A stretch of DNA of 64,000 nucleotides from Candidatus Latescibacterota bacterium (GTDB lineage Bacteria; Latescibacterota; UBA2968; GCA-2709665), in NCBI GenBank assembly GCA_965203805.1, contig OZ241917.1:2912001-2976000 (forward strand), given 5' to 3'. Position numbers and translations under genes: made by a program. Shown one piece after another: positions 19,908 to 30,330 of this stretch. The notes below the pieces were generated by a model that was not told the origin of the DNA, did no database searches, and saw nothing but the letters and a program-made list of their open reading frames with translations. Position 1 is the first letter of the stretch. Each line of letters begins with the position of its first letter.

Positions 19908-21923
19908 ATGAAACGGACGATACGACGTACGGCGCTTCTGAATATTCAGAGAGTGAGCTATTCCCGCGACCACGTGGCGCGCGTCAGGAACGAGGGATTC
20001 ACGCATATCGGCGTCTCCCTGAAAACGGGGGAACGGAAATTCACGGGCCAGGGATTCGACTCGGAACAGGTGTGTCAATTTGGCGCGTGGGCCGATGAAT
20101 TCGGCCTGGGGATGACCGTTTTCACCGGTTACATGAAGTACAGGGAGACCTTTCTGCGGGACCATCCGGAGCGGGCCATGGTATGCGTCGGCGGTTCGGG
20201 TACCGCGATGGACAGCGATAACCTGGTACGCACCAAATGGTTGTGCCCGTTCCAGCCGGAGAACAAGGCGGAATACCTCGATCTCCTGAGGAAAGTGATC
20301 GGGTTGCCAGCGCTCCGGGAAATCCATCTGAACGACGAAGCCGCGATCGGGTTCGCAAACGGCGACGTCGGCTGCTATTGCGACCACTGCGTAGCCGAAT
20401 ACGAAAAGGAATACGGAACACCGCCGCCCGCCGACTTCGATTGGGAGTCCGAGGCGTGGTGGGCCTGGGTGCAGCGCCGGATGGCGCGTTGGACCGGGGT
20501 ACATGCCTGGTTCCGCGAACAAATCAGGAAAGAGCGCCCTGATGTTATGGTCGGCATTCAGTATTCGCCGGTGGTCGTGTCCTTTGACGACAATACCTGG
20601 CGGGCGGGGATCGACCTCTCGCAGGACGCGCTGGCCCAGGACGTGCTCTGTACCGACCCCTACCACTACAACCATACCTCGCACTTCACCTACCGGCCCG
20701 CGCGCCGGATCCTGACGGAAGCGACCCGGACGCTCGCCGGCGCCACGGTGAGGCGTTCGCTGAACATCTATCCGCAGGCGTTCAGACCGCCCATGGGCGG
20801 GCCGGAACTGACCCGCCGCGACGGTTTCATGGCCGGCGCGGTTCCCTACGCGCTCGGCGCGGACAACATTACGCCGTATTCCAATGACCTGGCCCGCATC
20901 ATCCCCGGCTTTCTGGACGGATTTCACGAAGCCGGGAAGCTCGTCCCCTATTTCGAGAAGACAAGACCCTATGCGTACGCCACCGTTGTCAACCCCACAC
21001 AGACGGAAATCTACGGGAATCCGGAAACCGGCTGGGGTCGGAAGGCGCTGGCGGTCTGGCCCGACGTCATGAACCACGTGGGACTGCCGTGGCGGTGGCA
21101 CTTCGACGGTCGTCTCGCCGACGCGGGGAACTTACTGGAAGGCCCGGCGATTCTGCCGGATACCCACTGCCTGACCGGCGAACAGAGGGCCGTACTGCAG
21201 GCGCATGCCGCATCGGGCAACGGTCTGCTCCGGGTGGGAAGGACCCCGAACCGGGACTGGCCGGGAAACGGGCCCTGTCCCCCGCCGGAGGGGAAAACCC
21301 TGGACAGCGCGGAAATGCAGCCTGTAAGACGCAACCACCCTTTCCTGGAGGGTATTTCGCATCCCGTCATGCTGCAGTCCGCATTTTCGGAGCCGGGCAT
21401 TGAGGGGGAGACGGTGGGCGAGGTCGATGGGCGGCCGGCGCTGGTCGTGAACGAGGAAAACGGCGCACGACAGGTCTGGCTGGCGGGGGTCCCGGAGTTC
21501 AGCTACCTGACGCCGGGAGACCACGCCGGCGTCCGGACGCCCACGGACGGCATTCCGCTGTTGCGGAATATCCTGAAATGGCTGGCGCAGGACGAGCCGG
21601 TTGCCCGCCTGTGGCCCTATCCGCCGGACAATGCCTACCGGGAGCTTCGGCCTTGGGACCGCCGCGACGTGCCCACGATGGAGTTGTTTCCGATGATCGG
21701 CGACGGCTGCCTGGTTTGTCTCATCTTCAACTACGTGGGCCTGGCCTACCGGACGAATCTCGTGATGCGCGCGCCGGAAGGAGCTGAAGTCGTGTCACTT
21801 GTCGACATCTACAGCAGGGACGACAGGCTACCCGCGTCGGAGGTTCGCGGCAGCGAAGTCATCCTGCCTGTCAGCATGTCGAATGACACCGATTTCCTGG
21901 CCGTCGAATTGACGTGGCGTTAG
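19908..21923 (+). CDS. Glycoside hydrolase-like TIM barrel (GH42/GHL10-like) with C-terminal GATase-like domain
   Basis: WLCPF, NDEA, GCYCDHC, TDPY. Confidence 0.65.
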   Translation: MKRTIRRTALLNIQRVSYSRDHVARVRNEGFTHIGVSLKTGERKFTGQGFDSEQVCQFGAWADEFGLGMTVFTGYMKYRETFLRDHPERAMVCVGGSGTAMDSDNLVRTKWLCPFQPENKAEYLDLLRKVIGLPALREIHLNDEAAIGFANGDVGCYCDHCVAEYEKEYGTPPPADFDWESEAWWAWVQRRMARWTGVHAWFREQIRKERPDVMVGIQYSPVVVSFDDNTWRAGIDLSQDALAQDVLCTDPYHYNHTSHFTYRPARRILTEATRTLAGATVRRSLNIYPQAFRPPMGGPELTRRDGFMAGAVPYALGADNITPYSNDLARIIPGFLDGFHEAGKLVPYFEKTRPYAYATVVNPTQTEIYGNPETGWGRKALAVWPDVMNHVGLPWRWHFDGRLADAGNLLEGPAILPDTHCLTGEQRAVLQAHAASGNGLLRVGRTPNRDWPGNGPCPPPEGKTLDSAEMQPVRRNHPFLEGISHPVMLQSAFSEPGIEGETVGEVDGRPALVVNEENGARQVWLAGVPEFSYLTPGDHAGVRTPTDGIPLLRNILKWLAQDEPVARLWPYPPDNAYRELRPWDRRDVPTMELFPMIGDGCLVCLIFNYVGLAYRTNLVMRAPEGAEVVSLVDIYSRDDRLPASEVRGSEVILPVSMSNDTDFLAVELTWR

Positions 21924-21981
21924 CGTCCTGTCCCGAATCGGGCGCGGGCTTCCCGTTAATTGGGTTTTATCCTGTCCATCC

Positions 21982-23187
21982 ATGCAGGTTCTGTTTTCTT
22001 ACCAGGGACCCGGGTTCATGATCGAGGTCGTAGACGGCGGTATCCTTTCATGGCGGCGCGAACCGGGGGCGTACATGCCCACTATCACGCCGCTCTCGGA
22101 CGGCAGCATGATCGCCTGCCAGCACGTGGGCGCCGAACTGGGATCAGCGGACAACCACATCGAGGTCCTCCGCTCGACCGACGGCGGTGCGAACTGGGTA
22201 AACGAGGGCAGCATCCACGACGGAAGGCCGCCGGAAGACGGCTGGAGCTACAGGGCGCCCCATATCAGCGAAGTCCCCGGCAACCGGCTGGTGATGACCG
22301 CGACCCGTTTCGAAATGCGGTCCGACAAGCTTTTCGATCCGAACTCGGAGGTGCTGCAGCGCCCGGAAATGCTGCTGTTCCGGTCTGACGACGCCGGACG
22401 GACCTGGTCGGCGCCGGAGGTGGTTCCGGTGGACCTGCCTCCCGAAAAGTACACCTGTAACGGCGCCGGGGTGCTGCTCCAGCTCGCCCCGGACCGGTGG
22501 ATGTACCCGCTGGAAACGTGGAAGCCGGAAGGCTGCGAAGGGCCGCCCGATCAGAAGGCGGCGGTCGTCTTTTCTGCCGACATGGGCCGCACATGGGGTG
22601 AGTTTACCGTGGTGGCCGACGATCCTTTGGGGGCTATTCTCTGGTGGGACCAGATGAACGCGGTACTGCCGGACGGCAGAATATACACAATGCTCTGGAC
22701 CCACCGATACGGTACATCCGAAGACCTGCCTAACCACTGGACCGTATCCGAAGACGGCGGGCGCACGTGGTCGGCGCCGCGGCCCACGAACCTGCTCGGG
22801 CAGGTCTGCTCCCCCATCGCGCTGGCCGACGGGCGCGTGGCGGCCATTTACAACTTCCGGCACGATCCGCAGGGCATCCGCGTGGCGCTCAGCGAGGATC
22901 TGGAGACATTCGACGTGCAAGGCCAGGCCGTGGTGTTCGACGCGGGGGCCGAGGCGACCCTGGGAGAGCCGGAGACGGACAATTTCCTGGCCGAACATAT
23001 GCAGATCGCGTTCGGCAAGCCGGGCGGGCTCCGCCTCGCCGGCGGCGATCTGATGACGTATTTCTGGTGTACGGTCGGTGGCGTCACCCACACGCGCTGG
23101 GCACGGATCAGGGTCGATCAGGGGGATGTGCGCCAGCCACGACCGGTTTTGGGAGAATGGAAATATGAGTCGCCTCGATCAGGCTGA
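21982..23187 (+). CDS. Sialidase-family (BNR/Asp-box) protein; start may be 22018
   Basis: Four Asp boxes STDGGANW, SDDAGRTW, SADMGRTW, SEDGGRTW. Confidence 0.8.
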   Translation: MQVLFSYQGPGFMIEVVDGGILSWRREPGAYMPTITPLSDGSMIACQHVGAELGSADNHIEVLRSTDGGANWVNEGSIHDGRPPEDGWSYRAPHISEVPGNRLVMTATRFEMRSDKLFDPNSEVLQRPEMLLFRSDDAGRTWSAPEVVPVDLPPEKYTCNGAGVLLQLAPDRWMYPLETWKPEGCEGPPDQKAAVVFSADMGRTWGEFTVVADDPLGAILWWDQMNAVLPDGRIYTMLWTHRYGTSEDLPNHWTVSEDGGRTWSAPRPTNLLGQVCSPIALADGRVAAIYNFRHDPQGIRVALSEDLETFDVQGQAVVFDAGAEATLGEPETDNFLAEHMQIAFGKPGGLRLAGGDLMTYFWCTVGGVTHTRWARIRVDQGDVRQPRPVLGEWKYESPRSG

Positions 23188-24244
23188 AACGCGTGTGGCC
23201 GCGGATGTGCTGGAAACATTCGTGCGCGACCTGTTTCTGGCTGCCGGTGTGCCCTGCGCGGATGCCCAGACGATCGCCGGCGCGATTATCAGCCAGGAAA
23301 TCCGCGGCAATACGACGCACGGGCTTCGGCTCACCCATTTCAATCTGCGAGGGCTGGCTGACGGGACGATTCGGGCGAATCCCGATCAGCCCGTCCTGAG
23401 CGATCGTGGGATGACCGCGGTCATCGAAGGCGACCACGGCGTGGGTATCGTCGGCTGCATTAAGGGGATGCGACTGGCGATCGACAAAGCACGGGAAGGC
23501 GGCATCGGCATCGCCCTGATCGTTCGCAACAACCACTTTCTCGCCGCCGTGCCGTATTGCCTCGAAGCGGCCAACGCCGGCATGATCGGCATCGCGTTCT
23601 CGAACACCAAGGGATCCATGGGATATCCCGGCGCCCGCGGCTCTGTCATCGGCAACACGCCGATGGGGTTCGGCATACCGACCGCGGGCGGCTTTCCGAT
23701 CCTGTTCGACGCGTGCATGACCGCTTCCGGGGGCAGGATGAGGCAATGGATCCGGGAAGGCAGACGGATTCCGCCGGATATTCAGGGCTTCGACAGGGAC
23801 GGCAGGCCAACCGACGATCCGCAGGCCGTCATCGGCGGCGGCACGACGCTGCCCATCGGCGTCCACAAAGGCGCGGGGCTGGCCATTCTGGTGGAGGCGC
23901 TGACGGGCGTGCTGGGCGGCGCGGCTTTCCTGAGCGATATCACCCCCCGGGACCAGGCGGACAGAACGGACAAGACCCACGCGGTCAGCCATTGCTGCAT
24001 CGCCATCGACGTTGAGGCGTTCATGCCCGTGGCGGAATTCGAAGCCCGGATGGCGGACTTCATCGCCGACCTGAAGGGCAGTCCCCCGGACGACGCGTCA
24101 GATGAGATCCGGCTGCCCGGCGAGAGGATGGAGCGGACCCGGCGTGAATGCGAAATTCACGGCATCCCGCTGGAACCGGACGTGCGAGAGGAATTGGAGA
24201 TATGGGCCGATCGGTTGGGTGTACCTTTTCCCGACACCGTTTAG
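23165..24244 (+). CDS. Ldh_2 family oxidoreductase (malate/lactate/sulfolactate dehydrogenase type 2)
   Basis: RGNTTHG, NNHF, GNTP, HKGAGL, IRLPGER. Confidence 0.88.
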   Translation: MSRLDQAETRVAADVLETFVRDLFLAAGVPCADAQTIAGAIISQEIRGNTTHGLRLTHFNLRGLADGTIRANPDQPVLSDRGMTAVIEGDHGVGIVGCIKGMRLAIDKAREGGIGIALIVRNNHFLAAVPYCLEAANAGMIGIAFSNTKGSMGYPGARGSVIGNTPMGFGIPTAGGFPILFDACMTASGGRMRQWIREGRRIPPDIQGFDRDGRPTDDPQAVIGGGTTLPIGVHKGAGLAILVEALTGVLGGAAFLSDITPRDQADRTDKTHAVSHCCIAIDVEAFMPVAEFEARMADFIADLKGSPPDDASDEIRLPGERMERTRRECEIHGIPLEPDVREELEIWADRLGVPFPDTV

Positions 24245-24271
24245 CCTCCCGCCCGATCGATACGAGGGAAA

Positions 24272-24769
24272 ATGGACGACAGACACCGGATTCGCGCCGC
24301 GACTGAAGACGACCTGGACCGGATCGGAGACATCATCCGCCAGGCGTGGGAGCCGATCTTCGGGCTGCACGAAAAGAACTGGGGCGAGGAACTGTTCGGC
24401 GTCCTCTATGCGAACTGGCCGGAGAACATCAAGGCCAGCGTGGGACGCCATCTTGCGGAACACCCGGACTGGGCTTTCGTCGTGGAGGCGCGCGACAGCG
24501 GCGAGGTGGTGGCGTTCATCACCTATCTGCTGGAACCGAAGAAAGCGATCGGAATCGTCGGTCTGAACGCCGTGGCGGCCGGGTTGCAGGGGCAGGGAAT
24601 CGGGACAAAGATGTACAACTTCGTCATGGACCGGTTCCGGGAAGCCGGGCTGAAATACGCGCAGGTACGCACCGGGCTGAACGACGCGCAGACCGGCGCT
24701 CGCAGGGCCTACGAGAAAGCCGGGTTCAACATCGAACGCAAAGAGGTCACATATTACGCGCATTTGTAA
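24272..24769 (+). CDS. GNAT N-acetyltransferase
   Basis: QGQGIG acetyl-CoA motif, ARRAYEKAGF. Confidence 0.88.
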   Translation: MDDRHRIRAATEDDLDRIGDIIRQAWEPIFGLHEKNWGEELFGVLYANWPENIKASVGRHLAEHPDWAFVVEARDSGEVVAFITYLLEPKKAIGIVGLNAVAAGLQGQGIGTKMYNFVMDRFREAGLKYAQVRTGLNDAQTGARRAYEKAGFNIERKEVTYYAHL

Positions 24770-24915
24770 CTCGAAGCAAGCGTCCCTCTTTTGGGAACCT
24801 CAATGATCTGGAGTGGACGAGCCACCTCTTTCCATCTAACGGATAGCGGGAACAAACGCATATGGGTATATTGTAGACGTTCTTGGGTTGATCGTAGCTT
24901 ACAATAGGATAAGAC

Positions 24916-25221
24916 ATGTCTCGGCTCAGGATTCACTTGCCTCAGGCCCGGATTAAGGATTTCTGTGGTCGCTGGAATATCAGCGAATTGGCTGCATTTG
25001 GTTCTGTGCTTCGTGAGGACTTTGGACACGACAGCGATGTCGACCTGTTGGTTACATTCACCCCGGGCGCACAACACAGCTTGTGGGACCTGGTACAAAT
25101 GCAGGAGGAATTAACGGAAATCCTCGGACGGGCTGTTGACCTCGTAGAAGAACAGGGGCTTCGAAATCCTTTCCGCAGGTATGGTATTCTGAGCACCAAA
25201 GAGGTGATCTATGCAGCCTGA
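24916..25221 (+). CDS. Minimal nucleotidyltransferase (MntA-like antitoxin)
   Basis: FGSVLREDF..SDVDLLV..GRAVDLV. Confidence 0.9.
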   Translation: MSRLRIHLPQARIKDFCGRWNISELAAFGSVLREDFGHDSDVDLLVTFTPGAQHSLWDLVQMQEELTEILGRAVDLVEEQGLRNPFRRYGILSTKEVIYAA

Positions 25222-25369
25222 AAGCCGGGATTCTGCTTATCTGTGGGATATGTTGGAAGCAGCCCGTTCTGCCAGGACTCCTAATGGAAAAGGGGCAATC
25301 CTTGTGATCGCCCCTTCGATTTATTTGGACTGGTCGACTTTCTATCTGCCAATAGTTCGGCGCAGTTGA
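25211..25369 (+). pseudogene. Truncated HepT/DUF86 HEPN toxin
   Basis: Starts MQPESRDSAYLWDMLEAAR like DUF86 proteins, then diverges; no RxxxxH motif; 52 aa. Confidence 0.7.
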
Positions 25370-25376
25370 AGTGCCG

Positions 25377-25643
25377 TCAGTCCTCCATAAGTCTGAGATC
25401 TCTGAGTAGCTCCCGGGAGTTACGGAATCGCTTGCCCTTTCCCGCTTCCAGTTCACCCATGGCTTCGACGGTGGCGGCATTCGGGACCTTCACAGTGAAC
25501 GGGAGGCGCTTTTCTTCCGCTATCTGCAGCAACAGCAAGCGGATCGCATCGGAGACCGAGAGGCCCATGGCTTCGAGCGCCTCGGTGGCGCGGGCTTTGA
25601 CATCGCTGTCGATACGGGCCCGTACAACAGCATCGTTGCTCAT
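25377..25643 (-). CDS. RelB/DinJ family antitoxin
   Basis: VVRARID..LEAMGLSVSDAIRLLL..LPF..VPNAATVEAM. Confidence 0.9.
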   Translation of the reverse strand: MSNDAVVRARIDSDVKARATEALEAMGLSVSDAIRLLLLQIAEEKRLPFTVKVPNAATVEAMGELEAGKGKRFRNSRELLRDLRLMED

Positions 25644-25660
25644 TGGCACATCCTCCATTT

Positions 25661-25698
25661 TGTAGCTACATTGTAACTACACCCACAGTTCATGTCAA
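25661..25698 (-). promoter_or_regulatory. Promoter with tandem palindromic RHH operators
   Basis: TTGACA-17-TACAAT; TGTAGCTACA (25661-70) and TGTAACTACA (25672-81). Confidence 0.75.
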
Positions 25699-25750
25699 GG
25701 ATGTATCCTGTTGATGTAGTCTCGTAGCGATTGCAAATACGGTGTCGAAG

Positions 25751-26818
25751 ATGGAAAAATACACCTTTGCGGGAGGTTCGGCCGAAGCGGGACGGGCGCA
25801 GGGCGCGCTCGACCCCGAATACGCCAGGCGTGAGTTGGAGAAGCGGTTAAGGCAGCCCCAGAACTTTGAAGATAGCTACTTCCGTGAGAACATGGCCTTC
25901 ATGCGGCGGGAGTTCCCGGAACTGGTCGCGCAGATGGAGGCGTACGGCGACGCGGCGGGAATTGAGAACTTCGATCATACGTATCTGCTGCACGTCTACT
26001 TTACCGCTCCCGATCTGGATGGATGTTCGGCCCTCGGCATCATACTGAAGGACGACGGTCCGGCAATGTTGAGGACCTACGATACGAGTTCGGCCGGCAG
26101 GGTTGAGGATTTCGTGAAGGATAAAATCCTGATGCGCCTTCCAGACAGCATGCCGCGCGGGCTGGTCGGCATTGGGGAGCGTTTCGGCACGACCGTCGGC
26201 ACGGCGATCAACGACGCCGGTTTGCTGATCGGCAGCGCGTCGGGCCACCGCAAGTTCAACCCGGGCGCCAACCCGGAACACGTCAATCTCTATTTCACCG
26301 CTCACCTGCTCGCCCAGTATTGTTCCGACTGCGACGACGTGCGGCATTTCCTACGTCAGTACAGAATCTCAGGCATCAAGGGGCTCACGGGCGTGGCGGT
26401 GGATGCGGACGGCGATATGGTCGGTTTCGAACTGGAATCCGAGAACATCGCCCTTCGCGAACCCGAAAACGGGATGGTCATTGAGACCAACCACTGGCAG
26501 GACCCGGACCTTCAGCGTGCGTCCCGTGAGGCGGATCCGGACTGGTGGTCGAGCGCCTCGTACTACAACTCCCAGAACCGGATCCAGTACATGGCCCGTC
26601 ACCGGGACGCACTCGAAAGCATGCGCACCGTGGATGAACTGACAGATTTCTCGTTCGACGTACACGCGCCGGGGAGGATTCTACAGAGCCCGGAAACCAG
26701 TATTGGAAACTGGCACACGACCCACGGGATCTTCATGACGTCGCGAGACCGGAAATTGCGGGTCCACAGGTACCCGCTGGAGAAGGGCCAATTCACGGAA
26801 ATGGCGTATGGAGAGTGA
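25751..26818 (+). CDS. C45 family Ntn hydrolase/acyltransferase
   Basis: DGCSA autoproteolytic Cys site, AINDAGL, ETNHW. Confidence 0.75.
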   Translation: MEKYTFAGGSAEAGRAQGALDPEYARRELEKRLRQPQNFEDSYFRENMAFMRREFPELVAQMEAYGDAAGIENFDHTYLLHVYFTAPDLDGCSALGIILKDDGPAMLRTYDTSSAGRVEDFVKDKILMRLPDSMPRGLVGIGERFGTTVGTAINDAGLLIGSASGHRKFNPGANPEHVNLYFTAHLLAQYCSDCDDVRHFLRQYRISGIKGLTGVAVDADGDMVGFELESENIALREPENGMVIETNHWQDPDLQRASREADPDWWSSASYYNSQNRIQYMARHRDALESMRTVDELTDFSFDVHAPGRILQSPETSIGNWHTTHGIFMTSRDRKLRVHRYPLEKGQFTEMAYGE

Positions 26819-26930
26819 GATGGACGGGTTCGGTATCGATTCGACATTTCGCACGCCTGCTCAACCTGCAACGGGATTCGCTAACGAACCTGCCGCCGGT
26901 ATGACGGCGACCGGGGAGGAACATCCGGAG

Positions 26931-28442
26931 ATGGCCGACAATGACGCAAGAATGAACACGGACGCGGGCAGCGCGGACAGTTTTCTGTTGATGGACGGGA
27001 TCGAGTCCGTTCATCACGTGGCGCAGGCGGTCTGCGAGGCGGAAAAGCATCCCCTGAACCCCGTGCTTCCGGTGGGCGATTCGCACGAGTGGGATTCCAC
27101 GCACTGCGCGCCCTGGTCGTCGCCCACGGTGATCTACGACGATGAAGATAAGCTCTTCAAGGCCTGGTACGCGGGATCGGACATCGCGCCCTCGCGGTGG
27201 TGGGCGATGGGGTACGCATTCAGCGAGGACGGGGTCACCTGGCACAAACCCGAACTGGGCCTGTACGAGTACAACGGGAGCAAGAAGAACAACATCGTCC
27301 TGGACGGGCGCGGGCCGATCATCAAGGACGAGACCGAACCGGACCCGAACAAGCGATTCAAGGGGATCAAGCGCAGCTTCGGCGGACAGAAGGTCTATGC
27401 CGGCAAGGGCGCCCGCGCCAACTACTCGCCCGACGGGATCCACTGGACCGAAGGCCCGAACATCGACCTTCCGGAGTGGTTTCGCGGCCCACCCGATATC
27501 GGCGTGCTCGTCCGCGACGACCAGGATCCCGATCCCTCACGCCGGTACAAGACCGTCTTCCAGGAGATGGCGCCGTTCGACAAGCCGGATATCAAGCGCC
27601 ACGCCGCGCGGTACCGCGGCCTGGGGCGCGCCAAGATTCTGGCGTACGGCCCGGATATCGAGCACTTCCGGAGGGCGGAAGAAAATCCCCTGCTCTCCCC
27701 GGCCGACGGCCTCGAGTACGAAGACCATCACATCATGATGTCGCCGTACGGGGGCGCGTGGATCATCTGCTACGAGTACGGCTGGTACGTGCCGAGCCGC
27801 TACGGTTTCTACGGGATGTACTCGGCGGACATACGCCTTGCCGTCAGTGGAGACGGGCTCAATTTCCACCGCGTCAACCCCCACCAGAAAGTCATCGCCC
27901 GCGGCTCGCACGGCGAGTGGGACGGGGGATTGCTCATCATTACGGATAAACCGGCTGTCAAGGACGGGACCATCTATCTGTTCTATGGCGGCTCGGGCGA
28001 AGAATTCACGAGCTGGCCGCCGGAAAACGAGATCCCCGAGTTCGTTCATGAAATGGGGAGCGGGAGCGCCCGCATGGCGCGGATGGGCCTGGCCACGCTC
28101 CGCGAGGATGGCTTCACCTGCCTGGAGACGCCGGACCGGGAGACGCCCGGACACGCGACCACCGCGCCTCTGGAGCTGACCGACAAATCGACCGCGCTGA
28201 CCGTCAACGTCGGAGACGTTCGAATGAACCGCAACTGGGTCGAGGTCGAGGTCCTCGACGCGGACTCCGGTGAGCCGATTCCCGGATATGGGTGCGAGGA
28301 CTGCGACGATATCTGCGTCGGCGGACTGCGGCGCCCCGTGACGTGGGGCGGCAAACGTTTTGCGGACGCCGGTCGGAACCGCTTCAAGTTGAGATTCCAT
28401 CTCTATGGCGCGGCGCGGCTGTACGGATACAGATTCGATTGA
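26931..28442 (+). CDS. Beta-propeller glycosidase-like protein with C-terminal beta-sandwich
   Basis: FKAWY..YAFSEDGVTWHKPELG..NNIV; GLATLREDGF; ARLYGYRF. Confidence 0.7.
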   Translation: MADNDARMNTDAGSADSFLLMDGIESVHHVAQAVCEAEKHPLNPVLPVGDSHEWDSTHCAPWSSPTVIYDDEDKLFKAWYAGSDIAPSRWWAMGYAFSEDGVTWHKPELGLYEYNGSKKNNIVLDGRGPIIKDETEPDPNKRFKGIKRSFGGQKVYAGKGARANYSPDGIHWTEGPNIDLPEWFRGPPDIGVLVRDDQDPDPSRRYKTVFQEMAPFDKPDIKRHAARYRGLGRAKILAYGPDIEHFRRAEENPLLSPADGLEYEDHHIMMSPYGGAWIICYEYGWYVPSRYGFYGMYSADIRLAVSGDGLNFHRVNPHQKVIARGSHGEWDGGLLIITDKPAVKDGTIYLFYGGSGEEFTSWPPENEIPEFVHEMGSGSARMARMGLATLREDGFTCLETPDRETPGHATTAPLELTDKSTALTVNVGDVRMNRNWVEVEVLDADSGEPIPGYGCEDCDDICVGGLRRPVTWGGKRFADAGRNRFKLRFHLYGAARLYGYRFD

Positions 28443-28477
28443 GGGTCAACGCGATCCACGCCGATTGGAGAACTCCC

Positions 28478-30307
28478 GTGGATGACGAACACACGCACGA
28501 CGTGATTGTGGCCAGAGACGTGATGGTCCCCATGCGGGACGGCGTGCGCCTGGCAACCGATCTGTACTTCCCCGGAACGGTCGCGCGTCAGCGCGGCGAG
28601 ACCTTTCCTGCCGTTCTCAGCAGGACGCCGTACAACAAGACCGGCGGCGCCGACGCGGCGAGTTTCTTCGCGCGCCGCGGCTATATGGCCGCGGTCCAGG
28701 ACTGCCGAGGGCGCTACGGTTCCGAGGGCGTGTTCTTTCCTTTCGTGGATGACCCCGAGGACGGGTACGACACCATCGAGTGGATCGCCGACCATCCCTC
28801 TTGCGACGGGAAGGTGGGCATGTACGGGTGTTCTTACGACGCCTGGGTGCAGTTCCACGCGGCCACTCAGAATCCCCCGTCCCTTGCCACGATGATTCCA
28901 TTCGAAGGACCCATTAACGCGTATCATTACAGCATGCGTGAGGGCGGCGCCCTGCACCTGGGGCTTCTGAATTGGGCGGTCCGGATGTCGACGACCAGCC
29001 AGGAGGCACGGGCGAACCCGGCGATCGCAGAGGCCATCAGACCCATGTCCGGGGACGGGCCGCAATTCCTGGAATGGGCGTCCCGCATCCCGTGGCGGCG
29101 CGGCCAGACCCCGCTCGCGGTGGTCCCCCAATACGAAGACGCGGTCTTCCGGCTGTATTTCGAGAACAACGACTATACCGAATTCTGGCGGCAGCCCGGA
29201 CTTGCCATGGACGAGTATTTCGACGCGTTCCCGGACATGCCCATGCTCTGGATGGTGGGCTGGTTCGACTGGTACCCGAGGACGATTATCGACGGATTCC
29301 AGAAGATGGTGAGCAGGGGACGCGGGAATCAGCACCTGCTGGTGGGACCATGGACGCACGGCAACTGCGAACCGTCGTGCGGAGACGCGCACTTCGGGCC
29401 GGAAGGAAATCTCCACTTCCACAAGAACTTCCACCAGCTCTACCTTCAGTGGTTCAACCGGTGGCTCAAGGGTGATACGAGGGTGGACGTGGGCAGCGCG
29501 GTTCGGATGTTCCGGATGGGCGGGGGCGACGGCAGCCGCGACCGGGACGGCCTTCTGCGGCACGGCGGGAAATGGTTCAGCGTGGACGGCTGGCCCCCCG
29601 AGCCCTCGCGCGCAACACCGTATTATATCAACGTGAACGGCATCCTGTCGCCCGAAGCGCCTGCCGGGGAAGACGCGTCGACGACGTATACCTGTGACCC
29701 CCGCAATACCGTTTCCAGCAACGGCCGTTGTATCGTCCCCTACGGTCCGATGAAGGATGGGTGGTTCAAGGGGATGGGGCCCCGCGATCAGATCGAGATC
29801 GAGACGCTTCCCGGCCATGGGATCCCGGGGATGCCCATCGCCTCGCGGCCGGATGTTCTGGTTTTTCAGACCGGGCCATTGAGCGCGGACCTCTCGATTG
29901 CCGGGAACGTCAGGGGGGTTCTCTGGATATCCTCCGACGCACCCGATACCGACTTCTTTTTAAAGCTGCTCGACGTGTATCCCTCAAGCCTCGATTATCC
30001 GAACGGGTACGCGCTTCCCGTTTCCGAGGGCATCCTGCGCGCGCGATACAGGGAAAGCTGGGAGCATCCCGCCCCGATGGAACCTGACACCGTCTATCGC
30101 ATCGAGATCGACATGCAGCCGTCCGCGAACCTCTTCCAGGCGGGCCACCGCATCCGCCTGGATATCTGCAGCAGCAACTTCCCCAATTACGATATCAACC
30201 GGAATACCGGCGATCCGGACGACAGAGACTGGCGAATTGCCAGGAATACCGTGTATCACGAGGCCGCACGCGCCTCGTACGTTGAACTGCCCGTTTGGAC
30301 GGTGTGA
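28478..30307 (+). CDS. CocE/NonD family hydrolase
   Basis: PMRDGVRLATDLY, RTPY, QDCRGR, GCSY nucleophile, GPWTH. Confidence 0.92.
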   Translation: MDDEHTHDVIVARDVMVPMRDGVRLATDLYFPGTVARQRGETFPAVLSRTPYNKTGGADAASFFARRGYMAAVQDCRGRYGSEGVFFPFVDDPEDGYDTIEWIADHPSCDGKVGMYGCSYDAWVQFHAATQNPPSLATMIPFEGPINAYHYSMREGGALHLGLLNWAVRMSTTSQEARANPAIAEAIRPMSGDGPQFLEWASRIPWRRGQTPLAVVPQYEDAVFRLYFENNDYTEFWRQPGLAMDEYFDAFPDMPMLWMVGWFDWYPRTIIDGFQKMVSRGRGNQHLLVGPWTHGNCEPSCGDAHFGPEGNLHFHKNFHQLYLQWFNRWLKGDTRVDVGSAVRMFRMGGGDGSRDRDGLLRHGGKWFSVDGWPPEPSRATPYYINVNGILSPEAPAGEDASTTYTCDPRNTVSSNGRCIVPYGPMKDGWFKGMGPRDQIEIETLPGHGIPGMPIASRPDVLVFQTGPLSADLSIAGNVRGVLWISSDAPDTDFFLKLLDVYPSSLDYPNGYALPVSEGILRARYRESWEHPAPMEPDTVYRIEIDMQPSANLFQAGHRIRLDICSSNFPNYDINRNTGDPDDRDWRIARNTVYHEAARASYVELPVWTV

Positions 30308-30330
30308 TCACGATCAATACGGAGGAGCAT

